From Octopus sinensis (lineage: Eukaryota), in the NCBI RefSeq assembly GCF_006345805.1, contig NC_043006.1, forward strand, positions 92,938,001 through 93,002,000: 64,000 bases of DNA, written 5' to 3'. A model generated the notes under the pieces. It did not search any database. It was given only the letters and a program-made list of their open reading frames with translations, and was not told the origin of the DNA. The position numbers and the translations under genes were made by a program. This document shows positions 50,078-64,000 of the stretch, piece by piece. Position 1 is the first letter of the stretch, and the number at the start of each line of letters is the position of its first letter.

Positions 50078-52225
50078 TTACTTGTTTTTCGAAAGTTCTT
50101 TGTCTTTCACCTCACGGTCTTCTTCTATGAGGCTTTTATACAGTTTTTTTGATGAGTACTTTTGAAATCTCACTACTGCATCAGGGTAAAGAGATTTCAG
50201 GGTGCTGTATGTGTTCTGTGTCACGTGTATTATTTTAATGTGTTGTGGTGGTGTTGTATGTGGGTGGTTACTTGTTTTTATGTCGTTTTCAGTAATGTTA
50301 GTGTTTGACCTAATGTGTTCCATTAGGTCGTGGTTGTTTGTGTTTATGGCTGTCAACATTTTTGTGGGGTTTGATGATGGTGTGTTTGTGTTGATGTGTG
50401 TGTTTCTGTGGATGTTTTTGTTTCGGGAGTGGTGTATCTTCCCGCTTTGTTTGTTATTTTCTTTTCTTTTTTTTTTCCCCTTTTTCTTCTCCCCCCTGTG
50501 GCTATTTGCCAATCTTCCGTGTCTTCTTCGTCTAATGACAGATCAGACGAATCGGAGTCTGGAAGAGGGAAAGAATTGGGGTCTATTGTCGACTGTGTTG
50601 GTTTTGTTGTTGGTGTTGGTTGGTGAGCGTTTGGTTGTGGTGTATGCGGTTTTGGATGTGGGGTTTGGGTATTTTGTGTTTGAGTGAGTGATTGTGGTAT
50701 TGTTGTGTTGTTTAGGGTCTCAATTTTGTGGGGATTTGGAGTTGTAATTGTTTCTTCTTTTTGCTGGGTGTCTTTTTGGCAGATGTCCTTGGTTTGGGAG
50801 TTGGTATATTCTTGGTTGTTGTTGTTGGTGATGCTGCTTCTGTTCTTGGTGCGGCAGTTGGTGTGGTTGTTTGTTTGGTGAGGTTTGTTCCTGCAAAAAG
50901 TGGTGTGGGTAGTAAAACTTGTTTATTTGTTTTTGTTTCCGGCTGCTGTTGTTGTTGCTGTTGTTTTCTTGCGGCAGATTTGCAGTCTTTTTTGAGGTGT
51001 TGCTCACTGCCGCATATGTAGCAACGTGGTCTTCTGCCATCGACGACCACATATAACTTGTGGTCGTCTGATACACATATCTGGGGGGTATTTTTTTTAT
51101 ATCCTCATGATGTATATGTAGAAGAAATTCTACTTTTTTTCCCACCCAGTTTTTATGCTCTGTGACTGTGGTTTCCAAAATAGTATAATTCGCCATTTTT
51201 ACGCATAAGGCCTTTACAAGCCATAGACTATTGGCTATTTTGGGGACATTGTTTAGAGTGATCTTAGTCACTTTCTGTCCCCGATAGCTTGGTGTAAGTT
51301 GGAGTTCATCTGAGTGAAGAGTTAGCGTTGAGAAATGTCTAGCTAACTCTTCGGTGTAGAAAACAACTTGTATGTGGGCAAATTTGTTCCACCAGGTTAC
51401 ATATTCTTTGTGATCCCAGATGGGTTTCAAGCACTTCTCTATTTTGCTTGTGTTGGCCTTCTCTGGGATTTTTGTTTTTTTGTTAACTATTTTATAAATG
51501 ATTGTTCGTCTTTTTTCATTTTCCAAAATGTCTTCTGGTATGTTTATTTTTACTATACCTTCTGATTCTGTTATTTTGATGTTCGTGTCCTGTATTTGTT
51601 GAGACGTAAAGTATATTGTTGTTTTTTTTTTTTTAATCGCCTCAGCGAAATTTGTTGTTGTTTGGTTATTGTTGTTGCTTGTGGTGATGTTGTTGTGGCT
51701 GCAGTTTGTAAAATTGGTGTGTGTGTTGGTTCGATCGTGCTAGTAGGAAGGGGTGGAAAATTGCCTGCGTACTTTAGTCCTGCACTAGGGCAAAATTCGA
51801 CATTTCGTTTGTTGTCGTCGTTATTTTTTCACTTGTTGGTGATGGAGTGAGCAGTGGTTGAAGGGAATTGTTGTTGTCGTCGTTGTTGTTGTTGTTATTG
51901 TCGTTCTGGTGACGGCGGTGGTGTTGGTAGTATTAGTAGCATTGACGGCACGGTCTTTGGTGGGGGTGATGGTGATGTTGTTATTGGTGGCGATATCTTT
52001 AGTAGGGATAGCAGTTTTAGTAGCAGATTCTGCCATGGTGTTGGTGGTGGTGGTGGACTCACTGATGGTGTTGACGGTGCTTGGCCTTGCGACCTTTGTT
52101 TTGTATTTGTTGCTGTTGGTGGTGGTGGAGTTGTCAGGTTCGGCGTATGCTAACAGAGCATCCTGTTTTTCTGTTTCTGCGTCACGCTTCACTTGCAACT
52201 CAGCCTCGTGGTGGCCAGTGGCCAT
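50078..52225 (-). pseudogene. Copy C ORF1, frameshifted
   Basis: MATGHHEAELQ at 52225; 268-aa piece 50720-51526; CYICGSEQHLKKDC knuckle; stop at 50078. Confidence 0.8.
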
Positions 52226-52442
52226 TTTGGAAATAAAATGGCTAAATGAAACCACGAAGCTATGAGAATTTTTTCTTTTAAATTTTGCCCACAAGGGGCA
52301 AAATTTTGTTGTCGATATTTATCAAAGTTTACAGTGGATGTTGTTGCACAACTTTTAAGCACAAAATGTTTGTCAATATACACTTTTAAATGGTCAAAAT
52401 AAATGATTACCTTCGGAGCTGAAACGACATCACATCCGTCAG

Positions 52443-53504
<1,062 letters not shown>

Positions 53505-53548
53505 AGATAGATAGATAGATAAATAGATAGATAGATAGATAGATAGAT

Positions 53549-53609
<61 letters not shown>

Positions 53610-54904
53610 GTTCTAAAATATTAAACTGACTTGGCTGGTCATTTAAAGCTATGTCCATTACTTTCATTCTAATTTACCACTTAGTAATAAACCACCCGAG
53701 AAGACGAAACACATATTTGCTTACTTTACTTTTTTGCAATATTTGTTTAAATTTTAAAACAATATCTTATCTCATTTCCAAAATATGATCCTATAGTGTA
53801 ATAAAAGCAAAAATATGTGCCTTTGGTGTCTAGAAAACATCTTAGATTTGCAATGTTTTGATAAGATTTTCAAATTTCAACATACTTTTGGGAACATAGG
53901 TAGATTTGCATCTATTATTTCTTATGATTTGTATATTTCTAACCACTGCCCTTCCAAAAACTGCATTGCAAATTAATATCAGGTAGGATGCTGAGAAATG
54001 AGATTAGCTGCGAGTAGTTAAACTGTAGGAAAAAATAAAATAAGCTTTCTAAGTAATGGTTGGATTAAAAAGAGAGAGTAAGAGAGAATCAAAGATTATG
54101 GAACACAGAAAGCTGGACAGATAGATATATTTGTAAATATGATGAATATGAGATTCATAGGAAGATGTTGAAAAAAGCCCGAAACCGTGGAAAATAAAAG
54201 GAAATGTATAAAGACGGAGAACTGAAATGAGACGCATTAACCGGCAAATATATAATTCAGAAGTAAAATCAAACCGGTACAATAATGAGTTAGAGAATAA
54301 GTAAAAACGAATATTAGCAAAACTGTGCAAGGAAGTCCGATGGGTAGGGAAAGTATTTTACATGTAACAATGAGTGCAAATTTTTGAAAAAAATTCAGGA
54401 TTCAATCTCGAATCAAAGGATCTTCATAAATAAGATTAAAAGAAGACTACATACACCCTCCGGTTACGAGAGAAAAGAGGGGGAGATATATTGCATGAAT
54501 ACTTCTTAGTATTTTGGAAGGAGTCGAGACCAATATGAGATTAAAAGTAAACGTACGCAAATAGTAACATGTGCTTAAGAGGATCAATTCTTACCGACGT
54601 GGCACAGAATTTAATACAATTACACACACACTTCAACTTCTTAATTTATAAAGTGAAGGGTTGGATCTCGCGCTGGTGACCAAAGTCCACCTATCCGCTA
54701 ATGTATTCCAGAACGAATAATGTGTCCCAGAATGAACCAAAACTTTGTCATCGGAATATAACCAACGTAAACATTAGTAGGTGCATACACAGCGATATAT
54801 ATACGCACGCACACACTCGCACACATGTACAGATGCAAGGTGTGCATATAACTATGTATGTATCTATCAATCTTTCTGTCTGCTTATCTCTCTATTTATC
54901 CGAT

Positions 54905-55016
54905 ACATGATCCCTATTAATCGGCTTTTTTTCTCACGATCCCTTTTGATCGAAATTCGACCCGCATTTTTTGTTCTCTTCTTCCCAAAAAGTAAAGCTT
55001 TACTTTGTATTTTGTC
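54905..55016 (+). mobile_element. Old 3'UTR relic (F) of the Tx1-like family
   Basis: GATCCCTATTAATCG, CGATCCCTTTTGATCG and AAAGCTTTACTTTGTATTTTGTCTATC parallel the family 3'UTR; preceded by decayed CTAT-like repeats. Confidence 0.6.
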
Positions 55017-55055
55017 TATCTACCTACCTACCTACCTACCTACCTACCTACCTAT

Positions 55056-55133
<78 letters not shown>

Positions 55134-55136
<3 letters not shown>

Positions 55137-56536
55137 ATTTACTACCGCCTGAACGTCGTGCCTTGTCCTGACCCTACCATCACCAAACTAGAACGCATTC
55201 TCTTCCGCTTCTTGTGGAAAGGATGCGTCCCGATGGTCAGGCGATCCATTTGCTGTCAACACCCGTTAAAAGGAGGGCTGGGCATGCCATGGTTGATGAT
55301 GCGCAGACACGCGCTGAGACTGCGACATCTCCGGCTCTATGTAGACGACGGTGAACAGGTGTGGTCGCCGTTTGTGAGGCACGCATTCCCGCAACTCGTC
55401 TCCATGACCGAACTGCAGTCGTGGATCAAAAAGAGGCCGAGGAAGGGCGAATGGCACCGCGAGTGTCGCGTTGCTCTCAAGCAACTCTGCCGTCCCGGGT
55501 CGACCTTGAGTAACTTCAACACAACCAAAGCATTCTATAGGGGATTAGTGGAGGGGAGGTACGACGACGATCTCAGGGCAAACCTGGGCGTCGACGAGGA
55601 ATACCTGACCCGCCTGTTTGAAACGACTTTCGGGCCGGGACCTATGGACAACTTCCAGAGGTCCCTGTCCTGGCGGTGCTACCGAGAAGCGCTACCCGTT
55701 CGGGATAAGCTCTATAGGCATGGCTCGAGAAACACGGGGCCGACCTGCCCGAGATGCGGGCAGAGCGACGAAACTGCTCTGCACGCACTCGTTCAGTGTC
55801 CAGCAATTTCCGACCTGTGGGCTTATGTCGAACGACTGCTGTCACGTGTGGGACGTGTCGGTTTATCAGCCGAGTCTATCGTTAATATCGTCACGCCTCC
55901 TTCCTTCAAACGGGAAGGAAGAGCTATTTTTATCATACTTGTGGCTATGGCGAAAGAATGTATCTGGTGGACGCGCCTGAAAGGATTAGAGACAAACACT
56001 TTCCTCTCTGGTCAATCTCTCATCAACTTCTTCAAGTATCACTTGAAGAGGAGAGTGAGAGTAGAGAGGCAAGTTTTGTCTAGTGAAAGTTTAAAAAAAA
56101 GATGGGTGAATGTAGCAAGGATGGCACGTATGAATGACGAAGCCACCTTGACTATGATTCTATGAACCGTAAAAATTAATACAGAGAGTTGCTTATTTGC
56201 AAAAAAAAAAAAAAGAAATATCACATGTGACTTCATTGACCGAGGTTACCGTGGTCTTTTCCGTAGGCTTTTCTTTCCACGGGTAAACCTCACCTGTCCT
56301 CCCCTTTACACTTCATATTGACATTTCTGTGATTACGATCCCTATTGATCAACTTTTTTTTCCTCCACCCCCTTCCCCCCTTTTTTAAAAATCCTCCCCT
56401 TTTTTTGTCCTCTTTCTTTCCTTTTACGACCCCTTTTGATCGAAAGCCAACCCCCTCTTTTTTACCCCCAAAACAAAAGCTCTACCTTGTAATTTGTTCT
56501 GTCTGTGTGCAGCCCTGTGTGGCTAATAAAGAAACA

Positions 56537-56539
<3 letters not shown>
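55134..56539 (+). mobile_element. Tx1-like LINE copy E, 5'-truncated, opposite orientation, subfamily 1
   Basis: Uninterrupted ORF2 C-terminus (to TGA at 56165) and a 3'UTR ending GGCTAATAAAGAAACATAT; (CTAT)n on both sides on the plus strand. Confidence 0.9.
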
Positions 56540-56589
<50 letters not shown>

Positions 56590-57779
56590 GTCTATCTATC
56601 TATCTATCTATCTATCTAACTATCTGTCTGTCTATCTATCAATTTATCTAACTATCTCTGTGTGTGTGTGTGTCCATGTATGTCTGTGCATGTTGCCTAT
56701 TAAGTTCAACCATTTGTATCCACGTAAACTTTGTATTTTCTCCAAGAAACCAATGAAATTCTCGAACCGATATTGTCGGCCGGGTAGCTATATTATGGCC
56801 GCAGACGACAAATGACAGTCATTAGAGCAGTAGACAGCACACTTCCATGGGTTGATGATATGAATTGTCCTTTAAATATGCGTATTTGTTGAGTGGCAGA
56901 TAAAGGGATTTTGACGGTTCGATGTTTGTTGTTGAGATAGGGTTGTGTGTGTATGCCTTCGTTTCATTGCGAAGCAATTATATCCAGGTAGAATAATCTG
57001 TAACCATATATAAAACGTATGTTGAAAATATACGAATTTTGTGTATAAGAGTGCACCATTTTAAAAACCACGTGTTTCCGTGAGTCATTTTAAATATTTG
57101 ATTAAGTTTGTTATGAAAATAATGTAGAGGCTTGGTGCATTTTGTATTAGGCTCGATTTACACTTAAATGGCCTCATGTATCAAGTGGTGTTTGCTTTGT
57201 ATACACTGATTTTGTATCCCTTGTTTACAACTGAACAAACGAATTAAGCCATTTTGCGACTCAAGCTGAAAACAACATCAAGTTAGCATTTGAATAGTTT
57301 TGTTAAACTGTCATGTGACAGAAGTATCTACGGAGAGTTTTCGAGCGAGTCATTGGAGAAAACATTGTCATAAATGAAGATCAATCATGGGAAATAATCA
57401 AAACAAAACACGGTCGGTTTGCTACTGTATAGGGAAAGCGCCGGACTGCTTCCCGCCAAGTATTTCATAGGGAAAATTGGTTCTGCATAAATTGTCTGAA
57501 CATCCTAATTTCTGGCTCATATTTGTTTTTCTGTTTCTTGTTTTTTTTTCTCACCTGTAGAAAAATTGAACCTTTTTTTCTTTCGCACCGCATCTTTACA
57601 TGTATCGTATAACTGGACATTGGTCAAATGCAAAATCCTTGCATAGATATGCTGGTGATTGTGGTGTTGGTGCTGATGGTGGTATGTGTAATAATTGTAA
57701 TCAATTATTCCTTTGTTGCCATTGCTTTGTCGTGATTCACAAAACTATCGACAAAATGGGTTCTATTATATTTTGTTTG

Positions 57780-58075
57780 TTCCTTCTCGAGCCATACCTG
57801 GATCATAAGGGCCGGTTTCCCGGTTTCCTTGGCGTATAGCTTCCCCAGCAGGACTGTACGCCGGTCGGTCGCAGGTGAGCTGCACGATGCATGAGGAAAG
57901 AGTGAGAGAGAGTTGTGGCGACAGAGTAACCAGAAGTTCGTCATTACCTTCTGCCGGAGCCGCGTGGAGCTTAGGTGGTTCGCTCATAAACACACACATC
58001 GCCCGGTCTGAGATTCGAACCCGCGATCCCTCGACCGCTGCTCTAACCATTAGGCCATGTGCCTTTACTCGATTA
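57780..58075 (-). mobile_element. tRNA-derived SINE (Octopus OR-like)
   Basis: Minus strand: TGGCCTAATGGTTAGAGC (A box), GGTTCGAATCTC (B box); body shared with 25262. Confidence 0.75.
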
Positions 58076-59287
58076 TATTTAGCGGATGCAAAAATACATT
58101 TTTGAGTTGTTTCTGTGTTATGTATGCGCATCAGCAAGGTAGAAGGTGTATGTTTTATTTGCAACTACACAGAGACATACGATATAGAATCTATTGGGAA
58201 CAATAGCGCAATGCTACAAATAAGTCTATCTTCTGACTGGTAACCTGATATGAATCGTTAGGCGGGCAAATATCCCAGTAAAAAGTAAACAAAATCTACT
58301 AGTGTTAAATAGGAAGACGCGTTAATTCCACCACTCGATAAAAAGTGCATGACATTAGACCTGCATCATCTCTGACTTCCTACTCCATCTTACGATCCAT
58401 AAGCGGCAAAGCGATTGAATATGGAGCCCTCAGTTGTGAAGCGAAACTCTTAATTTCACTGCCATTGCTTCACCCATCATTAACTAATTTCATTTCATTT
58501 TAATACATGCATTTACTTCCTGATTACGTAATGATAGCACTTTCATAAAATGGTTGTAGAGGCAAGAACAGAGAATGGAACACTTAAATGAATTGCAAAG
58601 CGTCTATTACGAGAACTGCACAGCAAAATCTTCCCTGCGGCTAACTATTATAACTCTCTACTTTCCTATAACAACACAAATCCCTTATTGAAATAAATCG
58701 TTTCAAAACTGGAGGGAATTATATGTTCAATTCAATTTAACCCACACATATTGAGCATTACGATAGTTTATTCAAAATACAGATCAACACAAATTGCTGA
58801 TGTGTAAATGTAAAAATAGGTGTGCAGGTCTGCGTATACGTGTGTATACTTGAAATATATTCATATTAAAATCCTTACAAAATGTGAAACTTCCTTATAC
58901 TTTCCCCGAGGCAACACACCAATTTCAAATATGTTTTGGTCCTCAGAAGTGTTATGAAGGAAGAATAAGGTGACATTGTTATCCGCTGATTCCATCACGA
59001 AACTAAGCTATTCAGTATGAGTTTCTTAGTAAAACTGTCACATGATTCTTTGAGAGATTCACGTTACTTTAGGTTCTATGTTCGTCATATATGCACGCTT
59101 CGCTAGACTTGACGTTTACTAGTAGAAATATGCGTTATTATTGGCTGACTGCGTAACACTTTACAGTTTATGAAAAAACGAAAGACGACACAAATCTGAA
59201 ATTACTTCTCAGTGTGACTGGAATAATTATAAAAACCTTCAGTACAAAACTAACGTTGCATCTTCGCACATATCCGCAAAAAAAGAG

Positions 59288-59289
<2 letters not shown>

Positions 59290-59335
<46 letters not shown>

Positions 59336-59349
59336 TATAATAATAATAA

Positions 59350-59380
<31 letters not shown>

Positions 59381-59420
59381 AAGAAGAAGAAGAAGAAGAA
59401 GAAGAATGATAATGATAATG

Positions 59421-59457
<37 letters not shown>

Positions 59458-59480
59458 AAATAATAATAATAATAATAATG

Positions 59481-59560
<80 letters not shown>
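59290..59560 (+). repeat. Compound (TAA)n-(GAA)n-(TGA/TAA)n microsatellite
   Basis: Seen directly. Confidence 0.95.
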
Positions 59561-59800
59561 TCCTGCGACAGAAAACGAGTTCTTCCATAGTCATAATTAT
59601 TACCAAACGAGAGTTAATATTAAAAAAGGGATCTTCCAAGGTGACTCGTTTCTCCGTTACCTTTTGCAATTGCACTAAAACCCATAAAAATGATACTTAG
59701 GAAAGTTAAAGAGGTTTACCGATCTGGAAAGAAAGCTCCATCATTGAACCATGTTCTGTTTATGGATGAACTGAAATTCTTTGGGAAATCTGAACACTCA
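59561..59800 (+). pseudogene. R4/Dong-like RT fragment starting at the (TAA)n boundary
   Basis: RVNIKKGIFQGDS, then LNHVLFMDELKFFGK (cf. GIFQGDSLSP and NHLLFMDDLKL of R4/Dong). Confidence 0.7.
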
Positions 59801-60594
59801 TCAGCCAATTATAAAGGTTTTCCACTAATACAAAAATTTTCATATCAAGTGGCAACATTATAGAGAAGGTAGATACATAGACAAAGATGTGGATTTAAAT
59901 TTTAAGAACATTTGAGGTAGTGGAGCCCATCAACTGACTGACTAAGATTCAGTTGTTCCAGACTACTGTATGGTTCTGAGAGGGAAGAACAAATGAAAGG
60001 AGACAATAAAGATTTTCTAATTATAGAAATGGGGTAAAGGGATGTCATAGCTCCATATAAGGAATTTATGTAGAAGACAGCAGACACAACCAAATGCCAA
60101 TTACTACTATTTGATTAACAGATTCTGCATTAGAACTAGGTCAAAGTCAGATGGTCACAATAACATTCACAGAGAGTGCAGAGACCTTACAAACCCTATG
60201 CATATCATCAGTTGGTCTATAAGTTCCAAGTACTTTGACATGTTAGAATAAAGGAAAAAATATAAATCTAAAATTTATTCAAATTTGGAGAAAGAGACTA
60301 TCACTTATTATGAGTAGGCATAGTACTTATTAACTGGGGGGGGGACTTATTAATCAAGTGAACATATTAGTGGTCAAAATATATACTAAGAAAGATGGAA
60401 GAGGGAAAATCAAAGAAGGAAGATATTCATAGGTTTAGTGGAAGGTAATATTTTATAATATGAAGAGAGGTAATTTAGAAGAGTAAATTATTCAAATTTC
60501 ATGGATAGTGAGTTGATATTAATGAATCAAAATATAGGATCTATTGGAAATAAAATTTACTACCTGCGGATACAAGTTAATTAGTTAGGTAAAA

Positions 60595-61068
60595 ATATCT
60601 TTAGGTTAATTATATATTAAGAAATGGGAGTGAGATAATCAAGATGAACCAACTAGTTTCCCTAGGGACATAGGATTAATACTACTTAGGATTGGAGAAC
60701 ATTATAAAAAAGAAGAATTTAATTCTAAGTTTGCAATGAAGTTTTTTAATCATTTATGGGTGTTAAACTAAAACCAGTATGGTATATTCGTTCCTATTTG
60801 GTTAAATATATTTTGTAAAGATATCTTAGACTAATTATATATTAAGAAATGGAAGTGAGGTAATCAAGGCGAACTGAATAGTTTCTTTGGGGACACAGGA
60901 TTCATACTATTTAGTATTCATACTATTTAGGATTCCAACTATTTAGATTCATACAGTTTAATTTTAGAAAAAAGAAGAATTCAATTTTAAGTTTGCAGTG
61001 AAGTTTTTTTAGTCATCTATGAATGTTAAATTGGAAGCCAGTATGGTATATTCCTTCTTATTTGGTTA
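60595..61068. repeat. Diverged tandem duplication of a ~215-250 bp AT-rich unit
   Basis: 60595-60808 versus 60822-61068 share ATTATATATTAAGAAATGG, AAGAAGAATT and CCAGTATGGTATATTC blocks. Confidence 0.75.
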
Positions 61069-61109
61069 TAAAGAATTGAAATTTGAAAAATATAGGAATA
61101 TTCACAAAA

Positions 61110-61340
61110 TTATTATTTAAAGTATTTAAACGTTCGGGTCGTACGATGTATACAAGATACTCCCAGCTCCAAACGATTATTCAACAGATTTGTATTACTC
61201 TGATGTTTCAAAATGTCATAAGTTTCCACAGAACAAAGTTGACAACCATCCGTACTATCTCTATAAGGTTGCGCTCTTCTTACTATATAGCATTTTAGGT
61301 TGAATTCTATATTATTTGTTTTTAGTTCCAAAATTTTGCT
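61110..61340 (-). pseudogene. Penelope-like GIY-YIG C-terminal fragment
   Basis: ELK..IEFNLKCYIVRRAQPYRDSTDGCQLCSVETYDIL..LLNNRLELGVSCIHR matches the PLE CxLCxxEKxxI..LLNxRxE..CRH motif. Confidence 0.65.
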
Positions 61341-61355
61341 ATATATATATCATAC

Positions 61356-61419
<64 letters not shown>

Positions 61420-61865
61420 CATTAATATACTATATATAGATTATATATATTATACATATATATAATATATATATATATAGATATATATATTATATAATAT
61501 ATATATATATCATATAATCATATATAATACATATATATATATAGATTATATATATATATAGATATATAATATATATATATATAATATATATAGATATATA
61601 ATTAATATATATATATATATATATAGATATCTATAATATATATATATATATATAGATATATAATATATATATAGGGGAGGATTAACGAAAAAAGAAAAGA
61701 CGAAGACAGGTGGTGTACAAAACAACAGATGTATTAGTATAACGTCAGAAATAGAAAAGTTTTTTACGTTCCTTCTTCGCTCTTCTACAGAAAGGGACAC
61801 AGAAAAAACAAGGAGAGAGAAAAAAAATATATATATAATTTGCACGCCTGATGATTTCCTTGGGG

Positions 61866-61896
<31 letters not shown>

Positions 61897-62205
61897 TAAT
61901 CACACTCACACGCATATAGAATAACGATTGACTGAATGCTAATATTTAAGCCCATTCATAAAATAAATAATATTGAAATAACTTAAGATTATATTACTCC
62001 TAAGCAATGAATGACTGTGATGAACTGGTTACTATTATCTGGTTGAGGATGCTAACAATTATAGATGTAAATAGGGATTATCAATATAGTCAGACCTCTC
62101 ACGTTTTGTACTCGTTTGGCGCACCTATGCGTTTACTATTTATTGTGAGAGTATTGATGAGCCATATTTTTTTTATCAATCTCTTACAACAAAATTATTT
62201 AATTT

Positions 62206-62267
<62 letters not shown>

Positions 62268-63269
62268 GATAGATAGATAGATATTGATATATATGAATGT
62301 ATGTGCCCGCGTGCGTATGTGTGTATTCGCAAGTATATGCATGTGTGTATACATATATGTGTGTGGGTGGGTGTTTGTTTATACTATATAATCACTGTTC
62401 GTTTTGGTTTCCAATTATTTTTGTCTTTTATTACCATTTTTACTTCTGACGTTGAAAGTATGTCTTGATATCAAACATGTGAAAAACATTGTGAATTCTT
62501 TTAGTGCGAACTTTCTTTTTATGGCATAACAGTGAAAACACGGCTTGAAATGATTGGATAAGAAAGAAAATCACCATGAAATGTTGTATCGTTTCAGCTC
62601 CATCTCTCTTGTTCGCTTCACCATCCATTCAATAAACAGACATATCGTCTGCTGTTATTGACAATTCTCCATGATTGTGTTTACAACATAAACCACCCAA
62701 CTGCTGTAAATATTAACTCAGGTAAAAGCAATATTAAAATATTTCTCCACAGTGTTTTACGTGAAAATATTTTTGGTTCAGTTATGACGAACTTATAAAA
62801 CTAGCACATTGGTTACACTTTCGCAAGATATCAATCATTTACTCATTCTATTTCAGAAGGTGATTTTTAGAGATGTTGTCTATTTTAATTGAGTATCAAA
62901 AACATTTCGTTTGAATTCGCTTTACTGAATTTCTCTTCCATAATTGCGTATTTCCTATAAATAAGTTGCGCACACATATATATCACACTCGAATACGCGC
63001 TTATGTCTGTGTGTGGGTATATATTTTGTCTTTTAGTTTTACTGTTTCGGTCATTGAACCTCAAGCATGCTCGGACGTTCCCTTGAAGGATTTCGTAAAA
63101 CAAATTTATCCTCGTACTGATTATTTTAATGTTCCTTATTCAATCGGGATTTTATGCCGAATAATGCATAAAAAAACATTGCATCAGTTGACAAGAGGTG
63201 GTGGGAAACAATCTCAAACATACACACATACACACACCCGTGCGCGCACATTTATCTGTATATAAACAG

Positions 63270-63420
63270 ATATATCCAATGGGCTTTCACAGGGTTTCTT
63301 TCCATCAGATGCCTCATAAGACATGAGACAGCCCAAGAGATTACAGTAGAAGATACTTGCTCAATTGGACGCGAACACGAAACGATATGGTTGTCAAGCA
63401 TAATTATTAACTACACAGCC
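63270..63420 (-). mobile_element. Degenerate copy of the 575-1127 SINE family
   Basis: CAGTAGAAGATACTTGCTCAA..ATATGGTTGTCAAGCAT..ACTACACAGCC parallels 1025-1120. Confidence 0.5.
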
Positions 63421-64000
63421 AATATATAACTGTCTTTCACACATATTCCGTCAATGCATGTATATACCGCTGCGTATATCTAAAGAAATAAGCCGAAGAA
63501 GAAAAGGCTCATGGCTATCCACATGCTAGAGATAACAAACAATTTTCTATAAAGTCCAGACATGTTTTCAAGAGAACAAAGAAGCGCAAATGGCAAAACA
63601 TCTACAGAATTACAGTGTACGTTTAAAAGCAATAGGATCATTATATTCGGAACGTTTTCAATAAGCTGTATATTCACGGTGAACTGCAGTGGGGCGAAGC
63701 GTCAGCAATATTCATCTACTGAAATGAAGCCTTTTCGAAAAGAAAGGCCTACATCATTAAAATACAAATGTGGAGGTTAGAGAACTTCAACATTTTGAGA
63801 TGGAGGCCGTATACGCACAGACATAATTTGTATGTGCATATAGATACATTTGCGAGTATATATTCGTATATATGGGATAATGTAGATATACATATATGTA
63901 TGCATAAATCTCTATATATAAAGCTGAAGGTTTGGTAGCCTTCAACTAACCCTATCTCCCCCGAGAACCTGCGGCGCAAGTTGACAAAAATTGAGAGTAT

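Larger units (their letters stand above)
46299..52442 (-). mobile_element. Tx1-like LINE copy C, full length (~6.1 kb), subfamily 2
   Basis: Same architecture as A but with divergent ORFs and 3'UTR; ends CAGCCCTGTGTGGCTAATAAAAGAAAGTT-ATCTATCT. Confidence 0.9.

Noticed and set aside
55005-56165. 386-aa ORF as a novel fusion protein
   Set aside because: The ATG is in relic F and the frame passes through (CCTA)n(CTAT)n into the truncated ORF2 of E. This is a chance read-through that depends on repeat length, with no promoter evidence.
57556-57740. Possible minus-strand exon (CAG|GTGAG donor near 57555, His-rich open frame)
   Set aside because: Weak acceptor, low-complexity peptide, no recognisable homology; the polypyrimidine/AG could equally be a plus-strand acceptor or chance.

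Overview
AT-rich eukaryotic DNA dominated by repeats: microsatellites, tRNA-derived SINEs, and relics of LINEs, Penelope-like elements and DNA transposons. The SINE families and the 5S rRNA variant look cephalopod (Octopus-like), which is an inference. No complete host gene is recognisable; there is one candidate terminal exon at 9485-9765. The main structure lies at about 37.5-56.6 kb: a cluster of Tx1-like (L1 superfamily) non-LTR retrotransposons, each joined to (CTAT)n/(ATAG)n microsatellites in a strand-specific way. It comprises four head-to-tail copies on the minus strand (two full-length from different subfamilies, two 5'-truncated), one 5'-truncated copy on the plus strand whose flanking microsatellite is also flipped, and an older 3'UTR relic. 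The last ~50 nt of this LINE match the 3' tail of a dispersed tRNA/Meta-type SINE in the same window (39/48 positions by hand alignment), suggesting a Tx1-SINE partnership. A second notable element at 31.6-32.3 kb is a head-to-head pair of tRNA-headed SINE-like units carrying Penelope-type minimal hammerhead ribozyme motifs. Also present are R4/Dong-like fragments at (TAA)n, HERO- and CR1-like fragments, a mariner relic, a 5S pseudogene abutting a SINE, and several foldback structures. All comparisons were made by eye; no database searches were run.
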